Positions 18,472-29,101 of a stretch of 64,000 bases of DNA are shown piece after piece. Position numbers and translations under genes: made by a program. The DNA is from Verrucomicrobiota bacterium (GTDB lineage Bacteria; Verrucomicrobiota; Verrucomicrobiia; Opitutales; UBA953): positions 563 through 64,562 of the forward strand of contig JBEEKW010000008.1 in the NCBI GenBank assembly GCA_041168485.1, read 5' to 3'. The notes below the pieces were generated by a model. It saw nothing but the letters and a program-made list of their open reading frames with translations, had not been told where the DNA came from and did not search any database. The stretch's first letter is position 1. Every line of letters begins with the position of its first letter.

Positions 18472-21400
18472 ATGCGATGCTTCCTGGCCCTGTTCCTCGC
18501 CCTGACCGCTCACGCCGCCCCGGTTTCCTTATTCGACGGCAAGACCCTTGCCGGCTGGGAAGGCGACGCCGCTTGGTGGCGCGTTGAGGCCGGCGAGATT
18601 CGCGGCGGCTCGCTTACGACGAAGGTCCCGAAGAACTTCTTTCTCGCGACAGAGAAGTCATACCAGAATTTCGATCTGCGCGTCAAGCTGCGCCTGACCG
18701 GCACGGGCTTCGTCAACAGCGGCATCCAGATGCGCAGTGTGCGCGTGCCGAACAGCTCCGAGATGAGCGGCTACCAGGTCGACTATGGTAAGGGCTGGTA
18801 TGGCAAGATTTACGACGAGAGCCGTCGCAATAAGGTCATCGCTCAGTCGAAGGACGCCGCCGCCGTGCTCGCCGCGATCAAGGAAGGCGAATGGAACGAA
18901 TACCGCATCCTCGCCGAAGGGAACCGCATCCGCAGCTGGATCAACGGCGTACCGGCGCTCGATTACGTCGAGACCGAACCGAACATCGCCGCCGACGGTA
19001 AGATTGGCATCCAGATCCACTCCGGTGGCATGGCCGAGATTCAGGCCAAGGACATCACGATCGAGGAACTGCCCGCCACGCCCGGCGCGCTGACCTGGGA
19101 TAAGGTGAAACCGACCGAAAAGAAGGTCGAGCCCGCCAAGGCTGCGCCCGCGAAGCGCGACACGAGCTATAACAACGTTCAGGGCGTGCGTCGCACCGCC
19201 GAAGAGCAGCAGAAGCTCTTCAAACTACCCGAAGGTTTCGAAATCGAGCTCTTCACGAAGGAGTCCGCCGACTTCGGTAAGTTCATTATGCTGATCTTCG
19301 ATCAGCAGGGTAGGGCCTGGTCCAGCACCGCGCTGGAATACCCGGTCGACGCCAATGAGAACCCCGCCGCCGCGGAGGCGCTGTATAAGTCCAAGGCCCG
19401 CGACAAGGTCGTCATCTTCGATCAGCCTTTCGCTTCCGGTCCTCGTCAGCCGCGCGCTTTCGCCGACGGCCTGGCCATCCCCGAAGGCGTCCTGCCCTAC
19501 AAGGATGGCGCCGTCGTGCAGCACGGCCATGACGTCGTGTTCCTCCGTGACACGGATGCCGACGGTAAGGCCGATACCCGCGAGGTTTTGCTGACCGGCT
19601 TCGGCGTGCAGGACTCACACCTTTTCCCGCACCAGTTCACGCGCGCGCCGTGGGGTTGGTTCTGGCTCGCGCAAGGTGCGTTCAATTCCGGCAAGGTCAC
19701 CTCGACCAAGGGCGACGTCACTGACTTTCCGAACACGCGCATGGCGCGTTTCCGTCCGGACGGCAGCTTCTTTGAGCCGACGAGCGTCGGACCGTGCAAC
19801 ATCTGGGGCCTCGCCCTGACCGGCGAAGGGGAAGCCTTCATCCAGGAGGCCAACGATTTCGGCTATCCCGTGATGCCGTTCCATGAATACGCGCTCTATC
19901 CCGGCTGCGCTGACCGCTTGGCGAAATCCTATCAGCCACCGTTCCCCGTGCAGGCACCTGATTTCAAGATGGGTGGCACGGGCTTGAGCGGTCTCGCGCT
20001 CTCCGACGTCGGCGTCTGGCCGAAGGGCTACGACGGCGTGATGTACGTCGCCAACCCGATAACCTCGAAGGTCAACGCCGTCCGCCAGCACCGCGAGGGC
20101 TCGGGCTATCGCCTCGAAAAGCTCGAGGACTTCGTCAGCTGCGACGACCCGTTCTTCCGCCCAATCGCCATGACGATGGGCCCCGATGGCTGCCTCTACG
20201 TCATCGATTGGTATAACAAAATCATCAGCCATAACGAAGTCGCCCGTAACCACCCTGACCGCGATAAGCAGTCGGGCCGTATCTGGCGCATCAAGCCGAA
20301 GGGCTTCGTTCCGCAGGTGGTGCCGGATTACACCAAACTTTCTTCCGCCGACCTGATTGCTCGCTTGGGTTCGAAGGTGGTCGCCGACGCCCATCTCGCC
20401 TGGCAGACGCTCGCTGACCGTCGAGCTGAAGAAGCCACGTCCGCCGCGTTGTTCGCTATTGCCGGCGATGCCTCGGCTCCCGCCGCCCGCCGTATTCAAG
20501 CCCTCTGGGTCCTCGGCGAGCACGGCCAGAAGATCGGGCCGCTGGCCGAGCGTCTCCTCGCCGATTCGAATCGTAATGTCCGTCGCGAGGCGGTGAACGC
20601 CCTGCGCCACCTCGGCGCTTGGTCGCCGCATTTCGAAGCGCTCGCCGCGCTTTCCACAGATGCCGATGCCGAAGTCCGCGCCGCGGCGATCAAGGCCCTC
20701 GGCGAGTCTTCCGCGAAGCATCCCGCCGCCCTCGGCGTGATGATGCGCTTCGCTGGACCTTCGCTCGACGCCCCCACCGCCCCGGATCGTCGGGGCAAGC
20801 TGATCAAGGTCGGCGTCGCTTATGAACGTGATTTCGAGCGCTTCCTCGTCCGCATGTACCTCGAGCGTCAGCCCGAGGCCGTCGCCACCTTCCTCGCCTC
20901 CAAGGAAGCCAAGGCGCTGCCAGCCGAAGGACGCATGTTCGCCGCACTCGCGCTCGACCCTAAGGTTGGGGCCCCGCTCGTCGCCGAACTCGTCGGCCAG
21001 CTCAACCGCGCGCCCGGCCCGGATGAACTCTTCGCCGTGGCCAAGACGCTCGACCAGCCGGAGAGTGTCGCCGTGCTGCGTAAGCTCCTGGCCGACGCCG
21101 CTGTGCGTAACCGCGTTGTCGAGATTCTGCTCGTTACCCGCACCGACCTAGATCCAGCCAAGGTCGGACCCGTCGTCGCCGAGGCCGCGCAGGCCTTGCT
21201 CGCCCAAGGTGTCGCCGAGCGTGCCCTAGCTGCTCAGCTCATCGGTGGTTTCCAACTGCTCGACCTCGAAGAAGGCCTGCTCGCTCTCGTCGCCCGCGAA
21301 GACTCTCGTCGCGAGGCGCTCATCGGACTGCAGCAGCTCCGCACGACGAAGCCTGAGGCCATCGCTGCACTCATCGGTGTGGCTCCGGCGGAGATCTCCA

Positions 21401-22722
21401 GCCTCGCGCTGCGCGCCTTGGTCGCTTCCCGCGCGCCGCAGGCCTCCGTGCTCGCGATGAAGCTCTACCCGACGCTCTCTGTGAATGACCGCAAGGTCGT
21501 ACTCGATGGTATCAGCGGTACGAAGGCGGGAGCTAAGGCCATCGCCGCTGGCCTGGCCGACAAGTCCGTCGCCGTCGCTGACATCGAAACGCCTGTCGCC
21601 GAGAAGCTGGCCATCGCCTTGGGCGACAGTCCTGAGCTCGCGGTCATCTCCGCCCAGCTCGGCGGTGTGTTCCGTAGCGTGCTGACCCTCGACGGTTCCA
21701 ATGATGCCGTCGCCAAATCTGGCCTCGTCCTCAAGGGCGCCTTCACGGTGGAGACTTGGGTCCGTCTCGACGGTAAAATCGACAATAACGACAGCCTCCT
21801 CGGCGGGGGTGGTAAGTTGGACCTTAACTTCGCGGGCGGTATTTTCCGCGCCTATATGGGCGCGGAGATTCGCGACGCAGTGGTCTCAGCCAAGCCGACC
21901 TCGGTCGGCATCTGGACGCATATCGCCCTGACTCGTGACGCCGCCGGCGTCCTGCGTACCTATCAAGACGGTGAACTCACAGGGACTTCAAAGTTGGCCC
22001 AACCTCACGACCTGCCTGGCCTGACCATCGGCTGGTCTTCGCCGGGCGCTGGGACTCAGGGTGCTTTCGCCGAATACCGGATCTGGAACGTAGAGCGCAA
22101 GCCGGCTGAGGTCCGTACGAACATGACCCGCACCTTCGCCGGCGAGAAGCTGCCAGGTTCGCTTGTCTTCGCTTCAGCCAGCGGCGACGCCGCCTGGGGT
22201 AAGCTCGGCAAGGGTGCCAAGATCGTGCGCACCACCGACGCGCCTCCGCTCCTTAATTCTGAGCAGTTCGCCGCGGTCGAGCAGAAGACGGCCCGCTTCA
22301 TGGCGCTATCGGCGAAGGCCGGCGACGCCGCTAAGGGCAAGACTCTCGTCGCGCTCTGCCAGGCCTGCCACGTGATTAACGGCCAAGGCGGACTCATCGG
22401 ACCCAATCTCTCCGGCGCGGGCGCGATGGGCATGGAAGCGGTCATCCGTAATATCATCGAGCCCAACGCCGCCATCGAAGCCGCTTACCGCATCTTCCAG
22501 GTGAAGCTCAAGGCCGGTGAAGTCATCGAGGCGTTCTACGTTTCCGAAGACGCCACCGCTTACGTGATCCGGCAGGCCGGTGGAGCCGATCGCCGCATTC
22601 CGAAGGCCGAAGTCTCGTCCGCAAAATACCTGCGCCGTTCGCTGATGCCGGAAGGCTTGCTCGACGGCTTCACGGACGAACAGGTCACGGATCTCTTCAC
22701 CTACCTCAAGACGCTGAAGTAG
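18472..22722 (+). CDS. Giant secreted multidomain protein: DUF1080 + PVC-type membrane-bound-dehydrogenase-like domain + HEAT repeats + LamG/ConA-like + C-terminal CxxCH cytochrome c domain
   Basis: Signal peptide MRCFLALFLALTAHAAP. Domain evidence: FDGKTLAGWEG (DUF1080), HEAT-like NVRREAVNALRHLG / DAEVRAAAIKALG, LamG-like FTVETWVRL...WTHIALTRD...YQDGEL, and heme motif CQACHVINGQGGLIGPNLSG. Confidence 0.85.
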   Translation: MRCFLALFLALTAHAAPVSLFDGKTLAGWEGDAAWWRVEAGEIRGGSLTTKVPKNFFLATEKSYQNFDLRVKLRLTGTGFVNSGIQMRSVRVPNSSEMSGYQVDYGKGWYGKIYDESRRNKVIAQSKDAAAVLAAIKEGEWNEYRILAEGNRIRSWINGVPALDYVETEPNIAADGKIGIQIHSGGMAEIQAKDITIEELPATPGALTWDKVKPTEKKVEPAKAAPAKRDTSYNNVQGVRRTAEEQQKLFKLPEGFEIELFTKESADFGKFIMLIFDQQGRAWSSTALEYPVDANENPAAAEALYKSKARDKVVIFDQPFASGPRQPRAFADGLAIPEGVLPYKDGAVVQHGHDVVFLRDTDADGKADTREVLLTGFGVQDSHLFPHQFTRAPWGWFWLAQGAFNSGKVTSTKGDVTDFPNTRMARFRPDGSFFEPTSVGPCNIWGLALTGEGEAFIQEANDFGYPVMPFHEYALYPGCADRLAKSYQPPFPVQAPDFKMGGTGLSGLALSDVGVWPKGYDGVMYVANPITSKVNAVRQHREGSGYRLEKLEDFVSCDDPFFRPIAMTMGPDGCLYVIDWYNKIISHNEVARNHPDRDKQSGRIWRIKPKGFVPQVVPDYTKLSSADLIARLGSKVVADAHLAWQTLADRRAEEATSAALFAIAGDASAPAARRIQALWVLGEHGQKIGPLAERLLADSNRNVRREAVNALRHLGAWSPHFEALAALSTDADAEVRAAAIKALGESSAKHPAALGVMMRFAGPSLDAPTAPDRRGKLIKVGVAYERDFERFLVRMYLERQPEAVATFLASKEAKALPAEGRMFAALALDPKVGAPLVAELVGQLNRAPGPDELFAVAKTLDQPESVAVLRKLLADAAVRNRVVEILLVTRTDLDPAKVGPVVAEAAQALLAQGVAERALAAQLIGGFQLLDLEEGLLALVAREDSRREALIGLQQLRTTKPEAIAALIGVAPAEISSLALRALVASRAPQASVLAMKLYPTLSVNDRKVVLDGISGTKAGAKAIAAGLADKSVAVADIETPVAEKLAIALGDSPELAVISAQLGGVFRSVLTLDGSNDAVAKSGLVLKGAFTVETWVRLDGKIDNNDSLLGGGGKLDLNFAGGIFRAYMGAEIRDAVVSAKPTSVGIWTHIALTRDAAGVLRTYQDGELTGTSKLAQPHDLPGLTIGWSSPGAGTQGAFAEYRIWNVERKPAEVRTNMTRTFAGEKLPGSLVFASASGDAAWGKLGKGAKIVRTTDAPPLLNSEQFAAVEQKTARFMALSAKAGDAAKGKTLVALCQACHVINGQGGLIGPNLSGAGAMGMEAVIRNIIEPNAAIEAAYRIFQVKLKAGEVIEAFYVSEDATAYVIRQAGGADRRIPKAEVSSAKYLRRSLMPEGLLDGFTDEQVTDLFTYLKTLK

Positions 22723-22730
22723 GCGTCAGG

Positions 22731-22840
22731 GATAGGGCTAGGGCCGGGGCTAGGGCTAGGTGATGCCAGAGTGAGAGCGGGGCGGGGTTTATCCCGTCGC
22801 CTGATCTAGCCCTGCCCCTGTCCCTGCCCCTAGCCCTATC
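22731..22840. repeat. 110-bp imperfect palindrome built from GGGCTA/GGGGC units, with G4-capable tracts on both strands
   Basis: The outer 13-bp arms GATAGGGCTAGGG (22731-22743) and CCCTAGCCCTATC (22828-22840) are complementary. So are the inner AGGGCTAG (22752-22759) and CTAGCCCT (22806-22813). Confidence 0.75.
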
Positions 22841-22888
22841 AGGCCTTCTTCGCTTGCCGAGGGGGCGTAGGGGCTTACGGCTTGAGTC

Positions 22889-24667
<1,779 letters not shown>

Positions 24668-25027
24668 GTGACCAAGAAATTCGACCCAGTGTTAATTATT
24701 TCGATTCTGCTTTTAGGCATCGTCGGAGGGGGCTACTTGTCAGTGCCGACCACAAAGCTTACTCGTGGTAAGGAGCCTTGGACCTCGATGGTCCTTCTGG
24801 TTGGATTAGGTACAACTACTTTCCTCTTTGGACACTTTGGACTCGGAGCCTCACTTACCCTAATATTGTGGTCATGGTTGGCTGGGTCTGTCTTGTATTT
24901 GCTAATCGCATCCGTGGGTGGATTTCGTCAGCACGTTGAGCCGTTCTTCGGCGCCCACATGATTGCGTTCGTTTGCCTCATGTGGCTTGCTTTTTTAGTC
25001 GGAACAAGAGGTCAGGCCGCGACCTAA
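24668..25027 (+). CDS. Orphan small membrane protein (119 aa, about 4 TM) in a low-GC islet
   Basis: Four hydrophobic spans. Uses A/T-ending codons (tta, att, ctt, aca, act) unlike its neighbours. The GTG start directly follows the argS stop. No family recognised. Confidence 0.45.
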   Translation: MTKKFDPVLIISILLLGIVGGGYLSVPTTKLTRGKEPWTSMVLLVGLGTTTFLFGHFGLGASLTLILWSWLAGSVLYLLIASVGGFRQHVEPFFGAHMIAFVCLMWLAFLVGTRGQAAT

Positions 25028-25201
25028 TTTTAGCGCACCTTAATTCATCACTTTTGCCCGTTGTGCGGTGCACTTTTCGAAAGGTACGGTCTGGTCTCAT
25101 GTTCGGCTCGCGTACCTGGGCTGTCATGTAAGCCGGCCTTTGCCCCCTTTGCTTTTCCAGGTAGACCTCTCTCGTGGTGTGGCTAGAAAAGGCTCACCCC
25201 T

Positions 25202-26326
25202 ATGGAGACTCCTGCCCCGAAGTCGGAACGCCTACTTTCGCTCGATGCGCTGCGTGGCTTCGATCTCTTCTGGATCGTCGGCGGACACGGTATCCTTGTC
25301 GCGCTCTTCAAACTGACCGAGTGGGGTTGGCTGGGGGTGATCGATGCGCAGTTGAAGCATGTCGATTGGAATGGATTCCAGGCCTACGACCTCATCTTCC
25401 CGCTGTTCCTCTTCATGGCGGGCGTCTCCACGCCGTATTCGCTAACCCGTCGCCTAACGGAAGGCGCCCGCGGGGAAGTCATCCGCAAGGTCATCCAGCG
25501 CGGCCTCATCCTCGTCCTGCTCGGCATCATCTTCAACAACGGACTCCAGTGGAAGGGGCTCGAAAACATGCGCCTCGGTAGCGTACTCGGACGAATCGGT
25601 CTCGCGGGCATGTTCGCCCAACTCATCTTCGTGTTCAACTTCGAGGCGCCGAAGCGGTTGTGGTATTGGCTCGCCGGTATTCTGCTCGGCTATTGGGCGG
25701 TCATGTCGTTCGGTCATGCGCCAGGCTTCGCTGCCGGCGACCTGACGATGGAAGGCAACTTCGCCAGCACCGTCGACCGACTACTCCTGCCCGGGAAACT
25801 CCACAAAGGCATCCATGACCCTGAAGGCCTGCTCGCGATGATCCCTGCGATCGGCAACGCCTTACTCGGCATCCTGGCTGGCTTGTGGCTGCGACGCTCC
25901 GCGGAGGAAGCCTCGGGTGATCGCAAGGCTGCCGGGCTGGCAATCGCAGGTGTCGTGCTGCTCGCTGTCGGCGGACTCTGGAGCTTCGTGTTCCCCTTGA
26001 ACAAGAACCTCTGGACCAGCTCGTTCGTCCTCTGGACCTGCGGGTGGGGCAGCCTCCTTCTGGCCTTATTCTATTGGATGATCGACGTCCGCGGCTGGGC
26101 TCGCGGCTTTGGTGCGTTCTTCGCCGTCATCGGCATGAACTCCGTGCTCATCTACATGTCGGCGAAGTTCATTAACTTCGACTTCACCGGACAGGCCCTG
26201 TTCGGAGGTCTTGCGCGGGCTTTCCCTCCAGCGGTGGCCTCTGTGGTCCTCGTCACTGGTATCTTTGCGGTGAAGTGGGCGCTCTTCTGGTTCCTCAAGC
26301 GCCAGAAGATTTTCCTCAAGGTGTAG
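25202..26326 (+). CDS. DUF5009 / heparan-alpha-glucosaminide N-acetyltransferase-like membrane acyltransferase
   Basis: RLLSLDALRGFDLFWIVGGHG and the DLIFPLFLFMAGVS motif, with about 10 TM segments. Confidence 0.75.
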   Translation: METPAPKSERLLSLDALRGFDLFWIVGGHGILVALFKLTEWGWLGVIDAQLKHVDWNGFQAYDLIFPLFLFMAGVSTPYSLTRRLTEGARGEVIRKVIQRGLILVLLGIIFNNGLQWKGLENMRLGSVLGRIGLAGMFAQLIFVFNFEAPKRLWYWLAGILLGYWAVMSFGHAPGFAAGDLTMEGNFASTVDRLLLPGKLHKGIHDPEGLLAMIPAIGNALLGILAGLWLRRSAEEASGDRKAAGLAIAGVVLLAVGGLWSFVFPLNKNLWTSSFVLWTCGWGSLLLALFYWMIDVRGWARGFGAFFAVIGMNSVLIYMSAKFINFDFTGQALFGGLARAFPPAVASVVLVTGIFAVKWALFWFLKRQKIFLKV

Positions 26327-26378
26327 GGTAGGGCGGGTCTTCGCTTGTCTTCCCCTTGCCCGTGCGGACGCTGTTGGG

Positions 26379-26783
26379 ATGTCCGACGCAAAGCTGAAGA
26401 TCACCCGGGGCGACATCATCGCCCGAGGGGTCCTATGCTATTGCCCCAATTGCGGTAAGCGCGGTTTGCTCGCCTCGTGGTTCCGCCTGGGTAAGGCTTG
26501 CCGATCGTGCGGCATGGACCTTGCGCGTTCGGCCGGCATCTATTCCGGCACGACCTCGATCGGCTATGTCGCCTCCATTGTCTTCGTCATTGTCCCAGTC
26601 TGTTTCCTCGTGGTCTTCAAGGTCCTGTCCGTGACCGCTGGCGTCCTGCTCGGCATCTTCGGCTCCTTTGGGTTCATCGTCCTGATCTACCCCGTTATGC
26701 TCTGCTGGATGGTCATGGCCTACCATGTGGCCATGCCAGGCGAACTGCCCTCCAATGGTGGCCGAGAAGGTCGGGACGACTGA
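26379..26783 (+). CDS. DUF983-like protein (zinc-ribbon plus 2 TM)
   Basis: CPNCGKRGLL...CRSCG zinc ribbon followed by two TM helices. The family name is from memory. Confidence 0.65.
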   Translation: MSDAKLKITRGDIIARGVLCYCPNCGKRGLLASWFRLGKACRSCGMDLARSAGIYSGTTSIGYVASIVFVIVPVCFLVVFKVLSVTAGVLLGIFGSFGFIVLIYPVMLCWMVMAYHVAMPGELPSNGGREGRDD

Positions 26784-26804
26784 CCGCTAAGGGTCTTGAC
26801 TTAC

Positions 26805-26828
26805 ATCTTCATATCTAGATAAGAAGAT
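26805..26828. promoter_or_regulatory. 24-bp AT-rich near-perfect palindrome (candidate operator) overlapping the metF promoter
   Basis: ATCTTCATATCTAGATAAGAAGAT has 11 of 12 complementary pairs. TTGACT lies at 26796-26801 just upstream, and the metF ATG is at 26836. Confidence 0.5.
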
Positions 26829-26835
26829 ACTTCAA

Positions 26836-27714
26836 ATGTCCCGCTCGCTGCTCATCGATGCGCTCCGCAGTCCCGTGCGACCCACGGTGTCGGTGGAGTT
26901 CTTTCCGCCCAAGGACGCGGAGGGTGGGGCGCGCATGCTCAAGGTCGCCGCGACGCTAAAGCCGCTAGGTATCGATTTCGCCTCCCTGACCTACGGGGCT
27001 GGCGGTACTTCCCGTGACACCACGATCACCTATGGCGCGGAGCTCGTGAAGATGGGTATTCCCCTAATTGGGCACCTGACCTGCGTCGGCCATTCTCGCA
27101 CCGAGCTCGCCGGTATCATCAAGGAATACGACCGCGCCGGCTTCTCGGGCATCCTCGCCTTGCGAGGCGATCCGCCCAAGGGACAGCAGGATTTCGTCGC
27201 GCATCCCGAAGGCTTCGCGCATGCGCAGGGACTCGTCCGCCAGATCGCCGCGGAGCAGCCCGGTCGTTTCGCTATCGGCGTTGCTGGTTTTCCGGAACGC
27301 CATCCGGACGCCCTCGATGACCTGTCGGATATCCGTTTCCTCGCGGGCAAGGTCGCCGCGGGCGCGGATTTCGTGACCACGCAGCTCTTTCTGGATAACG
27401 AGGATTACTTCCGTTTCGTCACCCGAGCCCGTGCGGCGGGCGTGTCCGTGCCGATCTTGCCGGGCATCATGCCGGTGCTCTCGCTCAAGCAGGCCCGGAA
27501 CTTCTGCGGCTTCTGCAAGGCCCGGATTCCGGACGCCTTGGTGCGCGAGCTCGAGGCCTGCGGGCCGGACGAAGAGGCCCAGCGCAAGGTGGGCGTGTCC
27601 TGGGCGGTCCGCCAAGCGAGAGGCCTAGTCGCCCACGGTGCGCCCGGTTATCACGTATATATCCTTAATAAGGCCGAATCCGCCGTGGAGCTGTTCGCTG
27701 CCTTGCGCGATTAA
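26836..27714 (+). CDS. metF: Methylenetetrahydrofolate reductase
   Basis: VSVEFFPPK, SLTYGAGGTSRD, ILALRGDPP and FVTTQLFLD motifs. Confidence 0.9.
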   Translation: MSRSLLIDALRSPVRPTVSVEFFPPKDAEGGARMLKVAATLKPLGIDFASLTYGAGGTSRDTTITYGAELVKMGIPLIGHLTCVGHSRTELAGIIKEYDRAGFSGILALRGDPPKGQQDFVAHPEGFAHAQGLVRQIAAEQPGRFAIGVAGFPERHPDALDDLSDIRFLAGKVAAGADFVTTQLFLDNEDYFRFVTRARAAGVSVPILPGIMPVLSLKQARNFCGFCKARIPDALVRELEACGPDEEAQRKVGVSWAVRQARGLVAHGAPGYHVYILNKAESAVELFAALRD

Positions 27715-27770
27715 GTCCGCCGTTCCTTCAATAGGTTTGTAAAGAGACTCCGCTGGTCGTGTGATGGGGG

Positions 27771-29039
27771 ATGGCCCTACCCCCTGTTTCCTCGGCAACC
27801 GGCTGGCAACGTGGCTTCTGGTGTTTGATGGGGACGCAATTTCAGAACGCCTTCAGCGACAATGCGCTCAAGCAGCTGATCATCCTAGTCCTCATGACCA
27901 GCGCCGCCGCCTCCGCGGGGGGAGGCTCGCAGGATCGGATGGTCTCCTTGGTGACGGCCGTCTTCTCGGCGCCGTTCATCCTCTTCGCGATGCTGGGTGG
28001 CTGGCTGGCGGACCGTAACAGCAAGCAACGCGTGATGGTCAATGTGAAGGTCGCGGAAATGGGCATCATGGCTTTCGCTGGGCTCGCCCTGGCGACTGGA
28101 AACGTAGTGCTTAATCTTGCGGCCGTCTTCCTGATGGGTTGCCACAGCGCCATCTTCGCACCCTCCAAATACGGCATCTTGCCCGAAATCCTGCCCCACG
28201 AGAAACTGTCTTGGGGTAACGGTATCCTCGCCCTGCTGACCTTCCTCGGTGTCATCCTTGGCACGGTGGCCGCCGGGCTCTTCTCCGACGCCTTGAAGGG
28301 GTACGAGGTCAAGGGGCTCGAGTGGATTGCCGGTCCGATCTTGATGGTAATCGCTTTCGTCGGCTGGTTGCTCAGCCGACAGATCACGCCAGTCCCTGCC
28401 GCCAACCCGACCTGCCCGGTCCGCATCAATCCCGTCACCAACCTCTGGCGCCAGCTCATGATCATCAAACAGGACCGCGATCTCTGGCGCGCGTGCTGGG
28501 GTAACACGGGCTTCTATTTCATCTCGGCCTTGGTGATGATGAACGTGGTGGTCTTCGGGCGGGGCGTCTTGAATCTCAGCGACACTGATAACAGCCTGAT
28601 GAACGTCTGGCTGGCGCTCGGCATCGGGTTCGGTAGCGTCATCGCTGGTTATGCCTCCCGCGGCCGCATTGAATATCGACTCGTGCCGCTCGGCGCGCTC
28701 GGCCTGGCCCTGAGCACTGTGCCGATGGGCACAGAGGGCGTCACGGCCGGCACGTTCGGCATCTGCATGGCCACCTTGGGCTTCTCCGCCGGCTTGTTCA
28801 TTGTCCCGATCGTCTCCGTCATCCAACATCGTCCAGCGCCTGAGGACAAAGGCTCGGTGCAGGGTGCGGTGAGCAGCCTGAGTTTCATCGGAATCCTTTT
28901 CGCCGCCGGCGTCCAATGGGTCTCCCGCGAGGCCTTTCAGATCAGCTCGGGGCAGGTTTTCTGGATCTGCGGCGCGACGGCGATTATCTGCGGAGCCTAC
29001 GCGGCGATTTCCCGGGGCCGATTCATTAAGGCTGAGTAG
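27771..29039 (+). CDS. MFS transporter (LplT-like N-terminus)
   Basis: About 12 TM segments. TQFQNAFSDNALKQLI resembles the lysophospholipid-transporter-type MFS N-terminus. Confidence 0.8.
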   Translation: MALPPVSSATGWQRGFWCLMGTQFQNAFSDNALKQLIILVLMTSAAASAGGGSQDRMVSLVTAVFSAPFILFAMLGGWLADRNSKQRVMVNVKVAEMGIMAFAGLALATGNVVLNLAAVFLMGCHSAIFAPSKYGILPEILPHEKLSWGNGILALLTFLGVILGTVAAGLFSDALKGYEVKGLEWIAGPILMVIAFVGWLLSRQITPVPAANPTCPVRINPVTNLWRQLMIIKQDRDLWRACWGNTGFYFISALVMMNVVVFGRGVLNLSDTDNSLMNVWLALGIGFGSVIAGYASRGRIEYRLVPLGALGLALSTVPMGTEGVTAGTFGICMATLGFSAGLFIVPIVSVIQHRPAPEDKGSVQGAVSSLSFIGILFAAGVQWVSREAFQISSGQVFWICGATAIICGAYAAISRGRFIKAE

Positions 29040-29052
29040 GTTCGGGCACTTC

Positions 29053-29085
29053 TTAATCTTGGATTAAGGGCGGTTAAGGTAGAAT
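29053..29085 (+). promoter_or_regulatory. Three TTAAK direct repeats at 10-11 bp spacing plus a TAGAAT -10-like box upstream of the response regulator
   Basis: TTAAT at 29053, TTAAG at 29064, TTAAG at 29074 and TAGAAT at 29080-29085. The first two also form the inverted repeat CTTAATCttgGATTAAG. Confidence 0.3.
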
Positions 29086-29101
29086 ATAAGACCAGTTCCT
29101 G

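Noticed and set aside
25021-25131. Possible displaced original ArgS C-terminus in the low-GC islet (frame ending ...DLILAHLNSSLL...TWAVM*)
   Set aside because: The xLxLAxL pattern and the terminal Met loosely resemble the ArgS tail. However, the segment is itself low-GC, is too long by about 9 residues, and the similarity is too weak to distinguish from chance without alignment to orthologues.
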